Below, piece by piece: positions 19,542 to 27,723 of a stretch of 64,000 nucleotides of DNA. Source of the stretch: Gemmatimonadales bacterium (lineage in GTDB: Bacteria > Gemmatimonadota > Gemmatimonadetes > Gemmatimonadales > Gemmatimonadaceae); the NCBI GenBank assembly GCA_044449085.1, contig JBIOHR010000001.1, positions 1,134-65,133 on the forward strand, in the 5' to 3' direction. The notes beneath the pieces were generated by a model. It had not been told where the DNA came from, ran no database searches, and saw nothing but the letters and a program-made list of their open reading frames with translations. The position numbers and the translations under genes were made by a program. Positions within the stretch are counted from its first letter, which is position 1; every line of letters starts with the position of its first letter.

Positions 19542-21028
19542 CGTGCGTTCGCTCCCGTGCGCGGTGCCGGCAGCAGCCGCCCGACGATTTCCTTTTCGTC
19601 GAACGGAAGTTTCGTGGTGCCGCGCACCTGGTAGTCCTCGTGTCCCTTCCCGGCGAGCAGCACGACATCACGGGCGGGATCGGCGATCACGATCGCGTGC
19701 GCGATGGCCGCGTGCCGGTCTTCGATCCGCTCGTACCGCCCGGTCTGCAGCGCGGCCGCAATGTCGTCGAGAATCCGCTCCGGATCTTCGGTGCGCGGAT
19801 TGTCGCTCGTGATGATCACACGATCGGCGAGCCGGCTCGCGACCTCCGCCATCAAGGGCCTCTTGCCGCGGTCGCGGTCGCCGCCGGCGCCGAACACGAC
19901 GATGAGGGCGCCGGCCGTAAACGGCCGCAGCGCCGTCAGCGCGCGTTCGAGCGCGTCCGGCGTATGCGCGTAGTCGCGCAGCACCGTGGGATGCCGTCCG
20001 ATGATCTCGAGACGTCCGGGCACCTGCGGCTGGCTGCTGAGGCTTCCGGCGATCGCCGACGCGTCCATTCCCAGTGCGTGCGCGGCGGCCGCCGCACCGA
20101 GCGCGTTGGCCACGTTGAAATCTCCGATCAGCGGCAGCTGCACCGCGTGCGATGCGTCCTGTGTCACCAGCATCCACTCGCTCCCTTCCGGCCTGAACCC
20201 GACGTTCGTCGCGCGCACGTCCGCGCCGGAACCCATGCCGAACGTGACACGCCGCGGTGCGCGCGGGAGCGCGTCCCACGCGCGGTCGTCGGCGTTCACG
20301 ACGGCCGCGCCGTCGTCGGCGAGCTGGGACACCAGCGCGGCCTTCGCGGCGAAGTACTCTTCCATCGTGCCGTGATAGTCGAGGTGATCGCGCGTGAAGT
20401 TGGTGAACACGGCCGCGGCAAACCGGACGCCCTCGACCCGGTGCTGGTGCAGCGAATGCGACGACACTTCCATCGCCACCGTGCGTACGCCCGCGTCCGC
20501 GAGCGCGCGCAGGGTGCGCTGCAGTGCGACGGGGCCCGGCGTGGTGAGCGACGCCGCGCCCGCCGCGAGCGGTTCGCCCGCGCTCCCGACCAGAGTGCCG
20601 AGCGTACCGATGCTGGCGCTGCGCGCGCCGGTTCTATCGAGCAGGTGGCGGAGCATGCCGACTGTCGTGGTCTTTCCGTTGGTCCCGGTGACGCCGACAA
20701 TTCGCATCGCGCGCGCGGGTTCACCGTAGAACGCGGCGGCCGCAACGGCCGCGGCGCGGCGTCCGTCGCCGACGATGATTCCCGGCAACGGCGTGCGAGC
20801 CTGGTCTTCGACGATCATGGCCGTCGCACCGGCGGCCGCAGCGGCGTCGACATAGTCGTGGCCATCCCCCGTCGTTCCGCGGACGGCGGCAAAGAGCGCG
20901 CCCTCCGTCACCGCGCGGCTGTCGTCGGTGACCGCCGTGACGGTCTCGGGGAGCGTGCCCGTGATGGCCACGAGCAGACCGGCGCGCGAGAGGGCGCCCG
21001 TGATGTCGGCGAGGCGCACCGGCTTCAT
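19538..21028 (-). CDS. murE: UDP-N-acetylmuramoyl-L-alanyl-D-glutamate--2,6-diaminopimelate ligase
   Basis: 496 aa. VTGTNGKTTT, and a DNPR motif (SDNPRTEDP) consistent with meso-DAP specificity. Confidence 0.93.
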   Translation of the reverse strand: MKPVRLADITGALSRAGLLVAITGTLPETVTAVTDDSRAVTEGALFAAVRGTTGDGHDYVDAAAAAGATAMIVEDQARTPLPGIIVGDGRRAAAVAAAAFYGEPARAMRIVGVTGTNGKTTTVGMLRHLLDRTGARSASIGTLGTLVGSAGEPLAAGAASLTTPGPVALQRTLRALADAGVRTVAMEVSSHSLHQHRVEGVRFAAAVFTNFTRDHLDYHGTMEEYFAAKAALVSQLADDGAAVVNADDRAWDALPRAPRRVTFGMGSGADVRATNVGFRPEGSEWMLVTQDASHAVQLPLIGDFNVANALGAAAAAHALGMDASAIAGSLSSQPQVPGRLEIIGRHPTVLRDYAHTPDALERALTALRPFTAGALIVVFGAGGDRDRGKRPLMAEVASRLADRVIITSDNPRTEDPERILDDIAAALQTGRYERIEDRHAAIAHAIVIADPARDVVLLAGKGHEDYQVRGTTKLPFDEKEIVGRLLPAPRTGANAR

Positions 21029-23052
21029 GGCGCGCGAGACAGCTTGATCGTCGTGCCGGACGGCACGAGCGTGCCCGCCGCCGGCAGCGTGGCGCTCGCC
21101 GGTCCGGACGCGCCCGGCGTCACGAGCGAGACCCGAAAGCCGGCGCGGTGCAGCGCGTACACGGCGCGCCGGACCTGCAGCCCGCGCACGTTCGGCACCG
21201 CGTGCGCGGCAACGGCCACGGGCGCCGGCTTCGCGGGCACATCGAGGCGATAGACGTACGGCACGCTCCCCGACTCCGCGACGCGCACGATCGAGTCCGC
21301 GCGCGCGACGCTGTCCGGGACCGCGGCGGCGGCCTGGACGACTTCAGCGGCCTCCGCGCGCTTTGGTTCTTCGGCGAGATCCTTGCGGTCGAGCGACGCG
21401 TCGCGTGCCGCAATCGCCGCCTGCAGTACGGTCTTCGACACGGGAGCCGCCGCCTTGCCGCCGTAAATCGACGACGACGGGTTGTCGAGCTTCACCAGGA
21501 TCACCAGCTGCGGGTTGTCGGCAGGAAAGAGACCGACAAAACTCGCCGTGTATTTCCCGGCGACGTACTTGCCGTGTTCGGCGAGCTTCGCGGTGCCGGT
21601 CTTGCCCGCGACGTCGAAGGTCGCGAGGTTCGCCGCTTCGGCGGTGCCGCCCTCGACCACGCCGCGCAGCAGGCCGCGGACCGTCTGCGCGGTCTCCGAC
21701 GTCATCACACGTCGCACCACCGTGCGCTGATGCCGGTACAGCACCGTGCCATCGGTCGAGCGAATCTCCTTCACGATCGCCGGCTGGAGCAGCTCCCCGC
21801 CGTTCGCGATCGCTCCATACGCGTCGGCGAGCTGCAGCGGCGTCACGTTCAGCGCGTACCCCATCGCGAGCGACGCCGGGGTGAGCTTGTCCCACTTCTG
21901 GGGCGTGGGGAGCCGGCCGCTTTCCTCGGCGGGGTACGGCAGGCCGGACGGCGTGCCGAAGCCCACGTCGCGCAGCAGTTCGTACTGCTCGCGCGGCGAA
22001 AAGCGCATCGCGAATTGCACGATCCCGATATTGCTCGAGAACCGGATCACGTCGGCAAGTGAAAAGCTCGGCGACGGATGATCGTCCTCGATCTTCCGCC
22101 CGTTGAGCTCCCACTTCCCGTTGTACGTGTTCATGACCTCGTCCACGCGCGCGCGGTGGAGGTCGAGCAGCCGCGCGGCGACGAACGGCTTGAGTGTCGA
22201 CCCCGGCTCGTACGGCTCGGTGAGCGCGGTGGCCGAGGTGGACAGCGGGTCCGAACGGCGGCTCGCCATCGCGCGGATCTCGCCGTCGTTCGGATCGATC
22301 ATCACGATGTCGCCACCCGTGGCGCCGGTCTGGTGCACGGCGTCGGAGAGTGCCTTCTCGGCGATGTCTTGCAGAGTCTGGTTGACGGTGAGCACGACGG
22401 TATTGCCGGCCTTCGCGTCGTCCGCGTCGAGCCCCGGGGAGTCGAAGCGTATTCCGCGCGCGTCGCGCAGGAGCGCACGGTGTCCCGGTTCGCCGCGCAG
22501 GATCGGATCGAGTGCCTTTTCGAGGCCGTCCACCGGCCGGCCGGCGTCGTCGGCGCGCCCGACCAGACGGCGCAGCCCGTCGTCGGCCGGGGGAACGCGC
22601 TCGAGAACAGGTTCGGCATGCACGCCACGCATCGCAACCACCGCGCGCACGTCGCTCATCAGGAAGCGGCCCGGAATCGTGACCCACGCGCGCGAGGTAT
22701 CCGTGGCGCGCGCCACCCAGTCGCGTGCGACGCTCGCGCGCACCAGACCGTTCGCCAGCGCGGTCAGGCGGCGGTGTGCCGCGACCGCATCTTTTTTCGT
22801 GTCGCCGTACACCTCACGCGGCGCGACGTTCAGGCGCACGAGCTGCCGGCTTTCCACGAGCAACGCGCCCTTTTCGTCGAGGATCATCCCGCGAGGCGCC
22901 GGGAGCGGCGACGCCGCGAGCTGCTGGCTGCGGGCCTTCGCGCGCCACTGCGCGGTCTGGAACAGCTGGACCTGGGCCGCGCGCGCCACAAGCACGATGG
23001 CGAAGAGCGCGAACGCCCCGTGCATCAGGCCCACGCGACTCAGGCGGATCAT
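21025..23052 (-). CDS. ftsI: penicillin-binding protein / peptidoglycan D,D-transpeptidase FtsI with C-terminal PASTA-like domain
   Basis: 675 aa. N-terminal TM helix, dimerisation domain, and transpeptidase motifs (S.xK region YEPGSTLKP, SSN, KTGT). The last 65 aa or so, VPNVRGLQVRRAVYALHRAGFRVSLV..GASGPASATLPAAGTLVPSGTTIKL, match the PASTA fold pattern. Confidence 0.93.
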   Translation of the reverse strand: MIRLSRVGLMHGAFALFAIVLVARAAQVQLFQTAQWRAKARSQQLAASPLPAPRGMILDEKGALLVESRQLVRLNVAPREVYGDTKKDAVAAHRRLTALANGLVRASVARDWVARATDTSRAWVTIPGRFLMSDVRAVVAMRGVHAEPVLERVPPADDGLRRLVGRADDAGRPVDGLEKALDPILRGEPGHRALLRDARGIRFDSPGLDADDAKAGNTVVLTVNQTLQDIAEKALSDAVHQTGATGGDIVMIDPNDGEIRAMASRRSDPLSTSATALTEPYEPGSTLKPFVAARLLDLHRARVDEVMNTYNGKWELNGRKIEDDHPSPSFSLADVIRFSSNIGIVQFAMRFSPREQYELLRDVGFGTPSGLPYPAEESGRLPTPQKWDKLTPASLAMGYALNVTPLQLADAYGAIANGGELLQPAIVKEIRSTDGTVLYRHQRTVVRRVMTSETAQTVRGLLRGVVEGGTAEAANLATFDVAGKTGTAKLAEHGKYVAGKYTASFVGLFPADNPQLVILVKLDNPSSSIYGGKAAAPVSKTVLQAAIAARDASLDRKDLAEEPKRAEAAEVVQAAAAVPDSVARADSIVRVAESGSVPYVYRLDVPAKPAPVAVAAHAVPNVRGLQVRRAVYALHRAGFRVSLVTPGASGPASATLPAAGTLVPSGTTIKLSRAP

Positions 23053-23339
23053 TTCGAAACCCGTTTCTTCACCGGGCGCTGCAGGTAGATCACGAGACTG
23101 TCACTCGGGATGTGCATGTTGAGGCGCTGTTCGGCCACCTTCGCCAAGTTGGTTCGGCTGGACGCGTCGCGGATGTCGCCTTCCAGCTTGGCGCGCTCCG
23201 CGTCCAGCGCCGCGCGTTCCTGCTCGAGGCGCTGCTGGTCACGGGCGCGCGCCGTGCCGAAGCTCCGCCTCCATATGACGCCCGTGGCCACGAGGACGAA
23301 ACCGACCAGCACGAGGGCGACGACGGACCGGCCGCGCAT
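23049..23339 (-). CDS. ftsL: cell division protein FtsL
   Basis: The track ORF starts at 23414, inside rsmH. The ATG at 23339, 2 nt after the rsmH stop, gives MRGRSVVALVLVGFVLVATGVIW (TM helix) plus the coiled coil QQRLEQERAALDAERAKLEGDI. 96 aa. Confidence 0.8.
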   Translation of the reverse strand: MRGRSVVALVLVGFVLVATGVIWRRSFGTARARDQQRLEQERAALDAERAKLEGDIRDASSRTNLAKVAEQRLNMHIPSDSLVIYLQRPVKKRVSK

Positions 23340-23341
23340 GA

Positions 23342-24385
23342 CTACGAGTGCGGGGTGCGGAGTGCGGAACCGACGCGGGATGCGGAACTTCCCTCGGCCG
23401 GTTTCTTGCGCCATGCCCGGAGGTGCGCGCTGCGGGCGCGCGTGTTGCGCGCGATTTCGTCAGGACCGGCGCTGATCGCCTTGCGGGTGAGCAGCTCGCC
23501 CAGCGGGCGGCCACGACAGGTGCACACGATCTGTTTTGGGGGGCAGATGCAGGAGAGGCTCCACTCGCGGAAGGCGTGCTTGACGATCCGGTCCTCCCCC
23601 GAGTGGTACGCGATCACCGCCAGGACGCCCCCGGTGGCCAGTCGGTCACGCAGCGCGGGAAGGGCGCGCTCGAGCGCGGCGAGCTCACCGTTGACCGCGA
23701 TGCGCAGTGCCTGGAAGAGCCGGGCGAAGTCGCCCGGACCAGACCTCGGTCCGAGCACGCCCCTGATGGCGCCGACGAAATCGTCGCTCGTGGCGAACGG
23801 ACGATTACCGCGGCGCCGCACCACTTCGCGCGCGAGCCGGCCCGCCTTGGGCTCGTCGCCAAAGTTCTTGAAGACGGCGGCGAGCTCCTGCGCATCGGCC
23901 GTGTTCAGCAGGTCCGCCGCGGTCGCGACGGCATCGACCGTACCCGCTCGCGGGTTGTCGGTCGTCGATCGACCCGCCATTCGCGCCATTCGCATGTCGA
24001 GCGGAGCGCCCTCGCGAAAGGAAAAGCCGCGGGCCTCGTCGTCGAACTGGTGCGACGACACACCGAGATCGAGCAAGATGCCGTCAAACGCAACCGCGTC
24101 GAGTTCGTGAACCTGGTCGATGTCCGCGAAGCTCGACTGAATGGCGCGGAAGCGGTGCTGCGACTCGTACGAGGCGAGGCGCGCACGCGCCGCGGCGATG
24201 GCGTCGGGGTCATGGTCGAGGCCGGTGACCTGCGCGCCGGACTCGAGCAGCGCGAGGGAGTGGCCACCGCCGCCGAGGGTGCCATCGAGCGCGCGGAGGG
24301 GATGCGCACGCGTGCCGATGACGTCGAGGACTTCGGCGACGAGCACCGGCGAGTGGTACGGTGATTCGAATCGGGCGGCTTGCAC
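23342..24385 (-). CDS. rsmH: 16S rRNA (cytosine1402-N4)-methyltransferase
   Basis: 347 aa, GTG start. HSPVL, DGTLGGGGHS, DLGVSSHQFD and AYHSGEDRIVK motifs. Confidence 0.96.
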   Translation of the reverse strand: MQAARFESPYHSPVLVAEVLDVIGTRAHPLRALDGTLGGGGHSLALLESGAQVTGLDHDPDAIAAARARLASYESQHRFRAIQSSFADIDQVHELDAVAFDGILLDLGVSSHQFDDEARGFSFREGAPLDMRMARMAGRSTTDNPRAGTVDAVATAADLLNTADAQELAAVFKNFGDEPKAGRLAREVVRRRGNRPFATSDDFVGAIRGVLGPRSGPGDFARLFQALRIAVNGELAALERALPALRDRLATGGVLAVIAYHSGEDRIVKHAFREWSLSCICPPKQIVCTCRGRPLGELLTRKAISAGPDEIARNTRARSAHLRAWRKKPAEGSSASRVGSALRTPHS

Positions 24386-24425
24386 CAGCGAAAGATAGAC
24401 CGACGACCAAGGACCAAATTAAACC

Positions 24426-24539
24426 GCGATGGAAGATGCAAGATGGAAGATGACTGGCGGACTAAGACAGCGGCCCGCCGCTCGTGGTGAGCGGCGGGCC
24501 TCTGCGGGCGGTCATCCTCCATCTTCCATCTTACATCGC
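24426..24539. repeat. intergenic palindromic element, GATGGAAGATG family, copy 3 (best preserved)
   Basis: 29-nt arms GCGATGGAAGATGCAAGATGGAAGATGAC (24426-24454) and GTCATCCTCCATCTTCCATCTTACATCGC (24511-24539) are complementary at 26 of 29 positions. They enclose a second, GC-rich hairpin. Confidence 0.75.
24472..24500 (-). terminator. GC-rich hairpin nested in repeat copy 3, candidate terminator of the TPR gene
   Basis: GGCCCGCCGCTC-GTGGT-GAGCGGCGGGCC is a perfect 12-bp stem with a 5-nt loop, 50-78 nt past the stop at 24550. No clear U-tract on the minus strand. Confidence 0.4.
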
Positions 24540-24549
24540 TGTTCGTGCT

Positions 24550-26322
24550 TTACGGTTTCTTCGGCGGCGCGCAGAACACCTTCACCGCGTTCTGCACGGC
24601 GTCGGCCGTCTGCTGAATGGCCGGCATCAGCTGCGACACGGCGGCCGGGTTGGTCGCTCCGCCAAACTGGAGTTCGCTCGAGGCGTTAATCAGGTAGTCC
24701 TGCACCTGCTTCGCGCCGTCGCAGTTCTTTTGCGCGACGACATCGGGATACATGAGCGTCGCGATGTAGTAGTGGGCCACACCCATCTCGAACTTGGCCG
24801 TGTTTTTTGTCGTGCGGTCGCCCGAGACGCTGTCGGCGTACGCCACGTACGGAATCACCTTCTGCCAAAGGTCGAGCACGGGCGGCTTCGAATTGTTCGC
24901 GACGGTGAACAGTTTGCCGCCGATCGACAGGGCAAACTTGCCGATCTGGTCGGCGTTCTCGCCGGACTTCACGGCATCGTGCATCGCGACCATCGCGCTG
25001 TCGTACGCATTGGCGTCGACCAGCGACGACACGATCAGCAGCCGCGCGCCCTTCAGCGTCGGATCGATCTCGAGCGCGCGCCTCAGCGACACGACTGCCG
25101 GCTGCACCTGGCCCGCCTTCAGCTCGAGCTGGCCACGCTGGGCCCAATAGTCCGCGCGCTTCGGATACTTCGCCGTCGCGTGCGCCGCCGCGACCGCGGC
25201 GTTTGCCCACGCACTGTCCTGCCGGTACGCATCGATCGTGCGATCGTAATACGTCGTGTCCGCGAACGAGGTGTCCATCTTCACCATCTCGTCGCCGACC
25301 TTGACCATGGTCTTGTAGTCCTTGGTCGCGTACAGCAGCTGCCAGTACAGCTTCGTGAAGGTCACGTCACCCGGATTGTCCTCGACGGCCTTCGAAATGA
25401 TCTTGAGCGCCACGTCGTACTTGCCGGCCTGGGCGAGTTCGTACGTCACGGTCTGCTGGAGTTTCGTGTTGGTCGGGTCCGCCGCGAGGAGATTCGCCAG
25501 CGTCGCCATCTTGCTGTCCTTGTACCCGGCCGCCTTCACGCTGTCGTGGGCTGCCGTCGCCTGCTCGGCCAGCTGGTCGTATGCATCGACCTCGGCCTGA
25601 AGAGCGAACTTGCTCTTCGCGTCAAGCTGGAGAATCTCCTGCGCGACCTTCAGCAGGTCGGCGGGCGGCTTTTTCGAGTCGACCATCGCCTGCATCTCGC
25701 AGATGCGGAGGAGCGTCGACCTCGGATACTTCGAGATACCTCCGCTGGCGATGTTCATCGCATCGCCGCCCTTGTCCTCGCGGCGCGCGGCCCGGCACTT
25801 CTTCACGTCGTCGTACACTTTCTGGGCCGCCTGGAACGCCTTTGATATCTCCTTCGCGACGTCGCTCGGTTTCGGCCCGGTGAACGTTCCGAGCGGCTGG
25901 ACCTGGTTCTGGTCATACGTCATGACCATCCAGGCTTCCGTGGTGTAGCCAGCGCCGGTCGCGGTCTTGTTGATGGTCCCTTCAATGTATTCGTCGGCGC
26001 GCAGCTGCTTCGCGAGGAGGTTCGCATCGCCCTCGGTCAGCGCCGCCGTCATGTCGTAACCCGACGCCTGCAGTGTCGCGTCGATGTTCGCCTTGGACTG
26101 AACCTGGAGATCGCGATACGAGACGTCGCTCGAAATCTTGTCACGAACGGATTCGGCAAAGTCGACGCCGGCCTTCTTGTCGGCCGACTTGAACGTCACG
26201 ACTACGAGGATCGGAGCGTCCGGATTCGGCGGACGCACGAGCTGTGCTTCCGTCGAAAACGGGAATCCACCGAGAAACATGGCCGCGACCGCCGCGGCCA
26301 CCCGAGACTGGTGCCGAACCAT
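24550..26322 (-). CDS. secreted TPR-like repeat protein
   Basis: The track ORF starts at 26400, abutting the tRNA. The ATG at 26322 gives MVRHQSRVAAAVAAMFLGGFPFSTEAQ (signal peptide). The remainder is helical-repeat rich (A..Y..A...KY..A pattern). 590 aa. Confidence 0.75.
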   Translation of the reverse strand: MVRHQSRVAAAVAAMFLGGFPFSTEAQLVRPPNPDAPILVVVTFKSADKKAGVDFAESVRDKISSDVSYRDLQVQSKANIDATLQASGYDMTAALTEGDANLLAKQLRADEYIEGTINKTATGAGYTTEAWMVMTYDQNQVQPLGTFTGPKPSDVAKEISKAFQAAQKVYDDVKKCRAARREDKGGDAMNIASGGISKYPRSTLLRICEMQAMVDSKKPPADLLKVAQEILQLDAKSKFALQAEVDAYDQLAEQATAAHDSVKAAGYKDSKMATLANLLAADPTNTKLQQTVTYELAQAGKYDVALKIISKAVEDNPGDVTFTKLYWQLLYATKDYKTMVKVGDEMVKMDTSFADTTYYDRTIDAYRQDSAWANAAVAAAHATAKYPKRADYWAQRGQLELKAGQVQPAVVSLRRALEIDPTLKGARLLIVSSLVDANAYDSAMVAMHDAVKSGENADQIGKFALSIGGKLFTVANNSKPPVLDLWQKVIPYVAYADSVSGDRTTKNTAKFEMGVAHYYIATLMYPDVVAQKNCDGAKQVQDYLINASSELQFGGATNPAAVSQLMPAIQQTADAVQNAVKVFCAPPKKP

Positions 26323-26402
26323 CACTGTGTCATCCTCCCGATCGGTGACCTGGCCGTTCGCCGGCGCGAGACCAAATGGCTCGCCGGCTCCATCAATCAA
26401 AA

Positions 26403-26476
26403 TGGGCGAAGAGGGATTCGAACCCCCGACACCCTGCGTGTAAGGCAGGTGCTCTAACCAGCTGAGCTATTCGCCC
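26403..26476 (-). tRNA. tRNA-Val (anticodon UAC)
   Basis: The reverse complement reads GGGCGAATAGCTCAGCTGGTTAGAGCACCTGCCTTACACGCAGGGTGTCGGGGGTTCGAATCCCTCTTCGCCCA. It has a 7-bp acceptor stem, D-arm GCTC/GAGC, anticodon stem CCTGC/GCAGG with loop CTTACAC, T-arm GGGGG/CCCTC with loop TTCGAAT, and discriminator A. CCA is not encoded. Confidence 0.95.
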
Positions 26477-26484
26477 GGCAACGC

Positions 26485-26655
26485 CTACGAGATGATCGCG
26501 ATTGGTATGAGGATCCCGTAACCGATGACGAGCAGGATTGGGGCGTTGGTATCACCACCGCGCGCAAGATCGGCGTATCCGGCGGCCAGCACCACGGCCG
26601 CCACGCCCCACTTCAACGCGGTACTGCCACGTCTCCCCGACTCCGTATCTGCCAT
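26485..26655 (-). CDS. small hypothetical membrane protein (56 aa)
   Basis: Below the ORF-track size cutoff. Hand translation gives MADTESGRRGSTALKWGVAAVVLAAGYADLARGGDTNAPILLVIGYGILIPIAIIS, with two hydrophobic segments and mostly G/C third positions. No family recognised. Confidence 0.4.
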   Translation of the reverse strand: MADTESGRRGSTALKWGVAAVVLAAGYADLARGGDTNAPILLVIGYGILIPIAIIS

Positions 26656-26715
26656 AGGCGGCTGAGTTTAGACCCTGCGTGATAGGGTGTCAAGCAAGTT
26701 CAAGCCACTTTGCCA

Positions 26716-27723
26716 TCAGTTAATGAGATTCTCATTTCCCGGCTTTGTTCCGCTGTCCGGCGGCGGGTGCTGTCCCCGTTCGGACTCGGCGTAAAGTAGC
26801 GCGCGTAACACAACTTCGCGCTCGCGCCGCTCCTCTCCTTCGTCCGCAGCCCGCATCGCGGCCATCCGCGCACGGTCGCGGCGGCGCCGGATCAGCCAGA
26901 ATGGCCACACGACGGCCAGCAGGACTCCCACGGCGAACGACACGTCGGCGAACAGCGCGAGCGCGCCGTACCGGCGCCGCGTGCCCGCCCGCCACCGCAC
27001 CTCGAACGCGGCGCCGGTGAGGCCGTATGCCCCGCGCATGGCCCGATCCATCGACTGCGTGCCGCGCCAGTACCGGAAAAACAGCGACAGCCCGTGCACG
27101 GGGTCGAGCGCCGCGATCGCCGCCACCGCGCTCCGCGCAAGCGCGTACCCCGTCTGTGCATTCGCTTCGCCGCCTTCGAAAAACGGATCGAGCGAGTCGA
27201 GCGGCGGGACGCCGCGGAACACGAGCGCGACGTTCGTCGCGAGCACATCGTCGCGTCCCGTCTCGCCGGCGGCGTACGAGGCATACCCTTCGTCGAACCA
27301 GCGCGGCGGGAGGTCGCCGAGCACCTCGTGCAGCGCGAGGTGCGCCAGTTCGTGGCGCAGTGTGGCACGCGGGTCGCCCGCGGCGGAGTTCGCCCGGCTC
27401 CCCTGCATCACGATGCGGCCATCGGCTGGAGTCGCGATCGCCGCGCCCCACTCCGGCGCCGAGGGCCCGATGGCGTCGTGGAAATGGGGCGCGTCGGGCG
27501 TGATCAATATCCGCGCGTGCGCTCGCGGCCGCGGCAGTCCGGGGAAGGTGTCGCGGCTCAGCGCCTCCAGCAGCAGCGACCGTGCCAGCGCGGCGTCACG
27601 CGGAAACGCCACGAAGGTGAAGCGCCCCGAATCGATTTCCACGGGGCGCGCCTGCACCGGCTCCTGCGCCGCGAGCGTCCGCGCCATCAACAGCGCGACC
27701 CACGCAAGCCGCGCGCGGCTCAC
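26716..27723 (-). CDS. membrane-anchored zinc metallopeptidase, peptidase-MA-like (HExxH)
   Basis: The GTG at 27723 overlaps the upstream stop (GTGA). Signal-like VSRARLAWVALLMARTLAA, then HELAHLALHEV (HExxH) and FDEGYASYAAGE (third-ligand Glu block). A C-terminal TM helix FAVGVLLAVVWPFWLI is followed by a charged tail. 335 aa. Confidence 0.75.
   Translation of the reverse strand: MSRARLAWVALLMARTLAAQEPVQARPVEIDSGRFTFVAFPRDAALARSLLLEALSRDTFPGLPRPRAHARILITPDAPHFHDAIGPSAPEWGAAIATPADGRIVMQGSRANSAAGDPRATLRHELAHLALHEVLGDLPPRWFDEGYASYAAGETGRDDVLATNVALVFRGVPPLDSLDPFFEGGEANAQTGYALARSAVAAIAALDPVHGLSLFFRYWRGTQSMDRAMRGAYGLTGAAFEVRWRAGTRRRYGALALFADVSFAVGVLLAVVWPFWLIRRRRDRARMAAMRAADEGEERREREVVLRALLYAESERGQHPPPDSGTKPGNENLIN

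Noticed and set aside
583-24539. GATGGAAGATG repeats as a CRISPR array or a tandem satellite.
   Set aside because: The copies are 9-15 kb apart, each is an inverted-repeat hairpin rather than a direct repeat-spacer series, and there are no cas genes.
24386-24549. A hidden mraZ or small regulator upstream of rsmH (track ORF 24429..24689(+) MEDARWKMTGG...).
   Set aside because: The ORF is generated by the palindromic repeat itself and runs antisense into the TPR gene. It has no MraZ-like (SpoVT/AbrB) pattern. 164 nt is too short for mraZ.
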